The translations under genes and the position numbers were made by a program. A DNA stretch of 20,000 bases from IMG/VR virus record IMGVR_UViG_3300018413_000001; one strand, 5' to 3'. The stretch comes from an uncultured virus (IMG/VR IMGVR_UViG_3300018413_000001) (Duplodnaviria; Heunggongvirae; Uroviricota; Caudoviricetes). This document shows positions 17,101 through 20,000 of this stretch, one piece after another; the stretch's first letter is position 1; each line of letters begins with the position of its first letter. The notes beneath the pieces are model-generated. The model did not search any database, was not told where the DNA came from, and worked only from the letters and a program-made list of their open reading frames with translations.

Positions 17101-20000
17101 GCAGCCGGGGCAACCCGGTGCAGGCATCCCGTGCCGAGGCCATTGAGTCTTTGCGCGGCCATCTTGGCAAGGAAGTCTCGGTGGGTGTGTCAGCCGTGGA
17201 CGCCATCAACGGGGCTGCCGAGCTTCAGGGAGATGTGCCCGGCGTGCAGAAAGCATGGGTGGGCACCAGTGACGAGTTTCTGGCTGACGAGGGGCTGCGC
17301 AAAGCGTTCCCGCAGGTCAACAAAGCCATGACAAGCCCCGACAGCAGCCGGTTCGAGGGGTTGTTCTCGGGTGGCCGTGCGTTCGTCTTCACCGACAACG
17401 TGGGCATCTATGAAGGTGACATCGAACTGGCCGCACAGGAGGGCATGCCACCCGGTCAGGCTGCGGTGCAACGGGTGATCACGCACGAAGCTCTGGTGCA
17501 TCGTGGGTTCTATGCCCTCGACAAGCCGACACGGCAGGCACTCTTGCGCTGGGGTGAGCAGAACATTTACGAAGGTGAGATGGACGCCAAGGCCGAGGAG
17601 TACGGCGTCGGTGCCAACTGGCGCTCAGACGTGGGCTCCCGCGAGTGGCTGATGGAGGAAATCATGGCCAAGATGATCGAGCGGTTGAAGGCACCGCCGA
17701 AGTCGGGGCCGCTGAAGCAATTGTGGGACATCCTGGCGAGCCTGTGGCGCAAGCTCACCGGCAGAAGCCGCGAAGTCACATTGAAAGACATCCACGACGT
17801 GGCGAAGCTGCTGCGCACGGCGCTTGAACTTGCCGAGAACAACGTCCAGACACGGGACGGAATGCCGATCAGGGTTGAGGTGGTGAAGCCGTCGATGGCG
17901 GGGGAACGTGGTGCTCTGGATGCTGAGTACATGGCAGCCGTGGAGTCCGGCGATGTCGCGAAGCAGCAGGCGATGGTGGACGCGGCGGCGAAGGCTGCGA
18001 TGCCTGATAGTGTAGTTCATGAACGCATGTTGTCATCCAAGGAGCGCCGTCAGGACAAACCGCTCCTGAAGACATATCACGGCACTGATCAGGAGTTCAA
18101 TACTTTTGAATCTGGCAGACCTACTGCGGATGACTGGGGCTTCTTTGGCACGATAGAAACTAACAGGCATGGCAGCTTTTTCGCTGAGAACAAAACCTTT
18201 GCGGAGACATACGCCAAAGCGCGGCAAGGCAAAAGGGTCATCAGCGTGTTCTTAAATATCAAGAATCCATTTCAGTTCACGGATGCACAGGACATTCTGG
18301 AATCGCGAGAATTCGGGGAAGAGATGACCGCAGACTTTCACATGGCGCGGTGGCTCATGTCCCTGAAGCATCAGTGGGAGGCATTTGATGGCAGGGAGGG
18401 TGTGGAGTTCACAAACTGGCTGAGATCAAAAGGATACGATGGTGCTTTCATTCAAGAGGATGGGCACGGGTTAGTGGATGCAGAAGAAGTGCAAGACGTG
18501 TGGGTGGCACTTGACCCCAACCAGATCAAATCCGCCGATCCCATCACCCGCGATGCCAATGGCAACGTGATCCCGCTCTCACAGCGGTTCAACACGGAGT
18601 CCAATGACATCCGGTTCTCTGTCCGCCCCACATACACATCACCCCTCGACCAGACTCTGGCCAACACGGCCAAAGCCGTTCGTCTCATGCGTGACGGGCC
18701 TCCCGCCGTGCCGGTGAACCTGCAAGAGGTCTATCAGAAAGCACAGGTGGGCAAGTCCTCGGCCATGGTGTCGCTTGATGACATGTTTGCCGAGGCAAAG
18801 AAAACCCACCCGGACCTCACCGAGGCCGAGTTTGGCCAGCAGGTGCAGGCGATGTACGATGACAATGGTGCCTACATCGAACCGGCTGACTCACCCACCG
18901 CGATGCGCGAGGCCGGGGAGAAGTACAACGTGAGGACGCAAGGAGTTCCAGCGTCATATGTGATGGTGCTTGATGGGGCACCACCAAATGCATCTTTCCG
19001 CCCCGAGGTGGCTGAAAAACTGAAGCGCGTTGTAGAGGTGGCCCAGACAGCATCTGGTGGCATCACAGAGTCTGAGCAACCACAGACACAAAGCCCGGCT
19101 GGGGTCAATCCTGTTCACACATTCACACAGCAGTCGGGTGAATCCCATGTGGATGCTGCTGTGCAGATTTTTGACGCTATGGAATCTGAAGGCGTGTCCA
19201 AGGAAGAATGGGTTGACGAAATCACCAGCCCAGCCGTGATCCGTCAGCTTGGCATTGATAATGACATGATGAGCGTTCTGCTGGCCGAAGCAATGCGCCG
19301 GGATGCCCCTGGTGCTTTCAGTGCTTATGAGGTCACTCGTGAGCGTGCAGGTCGTGCTCTCGGCAGCGGGGCCATGATCCACAACCATCCACGGTATCAG
19401 CATCTCTTCGTGCTCAATGGCATCAAGAAAGAGCATCAGCAGCAGGCCAATGACATTGCCGAGGCCAACGCCGACATCAAAACCGATGAGGTCAAGAAGA
19501 TTGTTGCCGAGTCTGGCCGCACGGCTGACCAAGAACTGGCTGATGATGCCATGGAAGCCGCATTCCGTGAAGGGGAAGAGGCTTTGAACAAGGAGAACAA
19601 AACCTTGTGGAGTAACCTCAAGGACTGGATCACAGAGATTGGGGTTATTTTGCAGATCAAGGCAGCCAGAAAAGCCAAAGCGGACAAGAATGCAGCAAAA
19701 CCATCTGCGTCATTGGCTGGTGTCGTTTCTCAAGCTCGATACGAAGAATTGAACAACCTGTCAGATGATCAGCTTGATGCACTTTTTGCAAAAAGACAGA
19801 ATGACATTTCTGCTGCTGCCAAGAAGATGCTGGGCAAAGGCCCCAAGGCAAAGGCTAATCCTGATGCCAGGCGCATCGCCACGCTGGTGAACCGGCTGTC
19901 CGAACAGCTCGGGGTGCCAACTGACATCACATCAGCGGTGGAAGCTTTGACGGCTTCACAGGACTCGCTCAAGAGCCAGTTCGAGCAGAGCATCGTGGAC
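14145..20000 (+). CDS. Giant polyvalent internal virion protein (>1950 aa, runs off the window) with ParB-like, zincin-like metallopeptidase and ART-PolyVal-like domains
   Basis: Hand translation from ATG 14145 ([13 protein letters not shown]...) finds no stop through 20000. G/A-rich hydrophobic region about 15000-15720; [19 protein letters not shown] about 16488-16550; FEGLF...[10 protein letters not shown]...EEIMA about 17350-17670; [12 protein letters not shown]...YHGT...LNIKNP...GYDG...DPNQIKSA...DIRFS about 17916-18620. Confidence 0.9.
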   Translation, partial: MSPWEEVEKDPEFSTLAPQDKAALFDDWHKSTVEEFHKDLDPDQIDSAGMRGFLASGQAKRRELLGEPVAPEQAVKEFDQSLQARSKAQQQALNDYDELEKARFALKDAGLTQQFMSGFGESEAGSAPQEATENKQKEIEAIRSRITPELEKQAKEAREALRGERPAAVLGSDIYTDPSLVLDKEKYRQAIQSTDASPEAKLLALADYNTRRDDFAKKALNTFNTAGEAPKPYFFGAEKVLPEMTSFAKWESEQPPEVRSKRPEDKALDYLRTMQGRPGFQKIVSAIGTGTMQGGADVASQGIGLAAMTTGSDALAKKAGEVEKGSQLMSEVQNLEGDTKGTDVFDVGGVKANAATTLGGLSRLGVGMAPAIGAGVLTGGSLPAAALAAGAQTAGAQFPTTYNAMIEQGKTPEEALSASRGAAVLSGGITAALTALGGYNGVEALVRRGGMEAARSKLKSVLLTGPLKEIAEELPDEQASQIIESSLTNPDKPVSQVVDEFMAKAPDLALQVGLLGGAGEAFSKQGTVPAVPTPAEQQRTPVNSAGLGRTVGEVVAEADALKAKAQQQAVESGSPLLAQAIAENVAAPTPEAQTEETGETAEPSETQEPGAAGQTTEPLSDTEVKATNDQISPTNETPTNQDNATQQEPIQEGVLQERQNRDQSREKTEAGRSDSVQRSAQGQEEVAPTNITNNVALVEQGHVDQHAGESRTPAEGSISDVTTGKMADNKPLSTIDPSVQGVVTLQPEQLAALTPNPAEIEQAIQDNQTPARESMDLNKAGPILVIRQKDGTLKVAQGHHRLARALRDNVPLRVDIQNEATAKPLKSIPDRIKESSLSPRTTYPTLVQDIKNLTGNTASKLQEVADALLPEPMARPTAEKIARRLMEDNAVQREAGAARERAIERKLIGEEKAQRGDERPVSDDKAPVTQGDFVTWQDENGAMREGVLTKASAGRGSLGEPMSEVTLEDSQVVQVPRRELQPLMASSRGNPVQASRAEAIESLRGHLGKEVSVGVSAVDAINGAAELQGDVPGVQKAWVGTSDEFLADEGLRKAFPQVNKAMTSPDSSRFEGLFSGGRAFVFTDNVGIYEGDIELAAQEGMPPGQAAVQRVITHEALVHRGFYALDKPTRQALLRWGEQNIYEGEMDAKAEEYGVGANWRSDVGSREWLMEEIMAKMIERLKAPPKSGPLKQLWDILASLWRKLTGRSREVTLKDIHDVAKLLRTALELAENNVQTRDGMPIRVEVVKPSMAGERGALDAEYMAAVESGDVAKQQAMVDAAAKAAMPDSVVHERMLSSKERRQDKPLLKTYHGTDQEFNTFESGRPTADDWGFFGTIETNRHGSFFAENKTFAETYAKARQGKRVISVFLNIKNPFQFTDAQDILESREFGEEMTADFHMARWLMSLKHQWEAFDGREGVEFTNWLRSKGYDGAFIQEDGHGLVDAEEVQDVWVALDPNQIKSADPITRDANGNVIPLSQRFNTESNDIRFSVRPTYTSPLDQTLANTAKAVRLMRDGPPAVPVNLQEVYQKAQVGKSSAMVSLDDMFAEAKKTHPDLTEAEFGQQVQAMYDDNGAYIEPADSPTAMREAGEKYNVRTQGVPASYVMVLDGAPPNASFRPEVAEKLKRVVEVAQTASGGITESEQPQTQSPAGVNPVHTFTQQSGESHVDAAVQIFDAMESEGVSKEEWVDEITSPAVIRQLGIDNDMMSVLLAEAMRRDAPGAFSAYEVTRERAGRALGSGAMIHNHPRYQHLFVLNGIKKEHQQQANDIAEANADIKTDEVKKIVAESGRTADQELADDAMEAAFREGEEALNKENKTLWSNLKDWITEIGVILQIKAARKAKADKNAAKPSASLAGVVSQARYEELNNLSDDQLDALFAKRQNDISAAAKKMLGKGPKAKANPDARRIATLVNRLSEQLGVPTDITSAVEALTASQDSLKSQFEQSIVD
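16072..16203 (+). CDS. Nested 43-aa Lys-rich protein overprinted in the +1 frame of the giant gene
   Basis: [43 protein letters not shown] resembles the common small phage protein pattern MPL.K..S.K..S.N...E...GK..KQA.AIA.S. It has an A/C-rich leader like other starts in the window. Confidence 0.75.
   Translation: MPLSKSPSKKAFSKNVKTEIKAGKKPKQAVAIAYSVQRKAKKK

Noticed and set aside
14164..19993. The many short ORF-track entries in the right third of the window
   Set aside because: They are explained by one continuous + frame from 14145. Only the 16072..16203 portion of 15799..16203 has independent support.
1..20000. Genome-wide stop-codon reassignment
   Set aside because: TGA, TAA and TAG all end genes at sensible, often coupled boundaries, and coding density is high under the standard code.
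1..20000. tRNA, rRNA, integrase, reverse transcriptase/DGR
   Set aside because: No cloverleaf, rRNA-like tract, recombinase or RT motif, or template/variable repeat pair was recognised by eye.

Overview
The window looks like part of a tailed dsDNA phage or prophage with podovirus-like organisation. All genes are on the + strand except a divergent gene that starts at 27 and runs off the left edge. Positions 155-588 hold an origin-like region with eight GGACAG iterons in both orientations, followed by a 25-bp tandem repeat (800-935), a probable terminase small subunit and a G-tract/C-tract/T-tract pac-like stretch. Next come an HNH endonuclease, a paralog lacking the nuclease core, and a block of small coupled accessory genes (YodC/DUF2158, membrane peptides, a UDG-fold-like protein, an HTH protein, an N6-adenine methyltransferase). 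The right part carries putative virion genes interrupted by two GT8-like glycosyltransferases and a Methyltransf_24-like gene. It ends in a >1950-codon polyvalent protein (ParB-like, zincin and ART domains) that the ORF track omits. Two signals stand out: (1) four DNA-acting proteins from three unrelated families end in the same peptide DPL[AE][DG][VI][WY]-stop, conserved as protein rather than DNA; (2) a 43-aa basic gene is overprinted in the +1 frame inside the giant protein. All family assignments come from motif recognition by eye; no searches were run.
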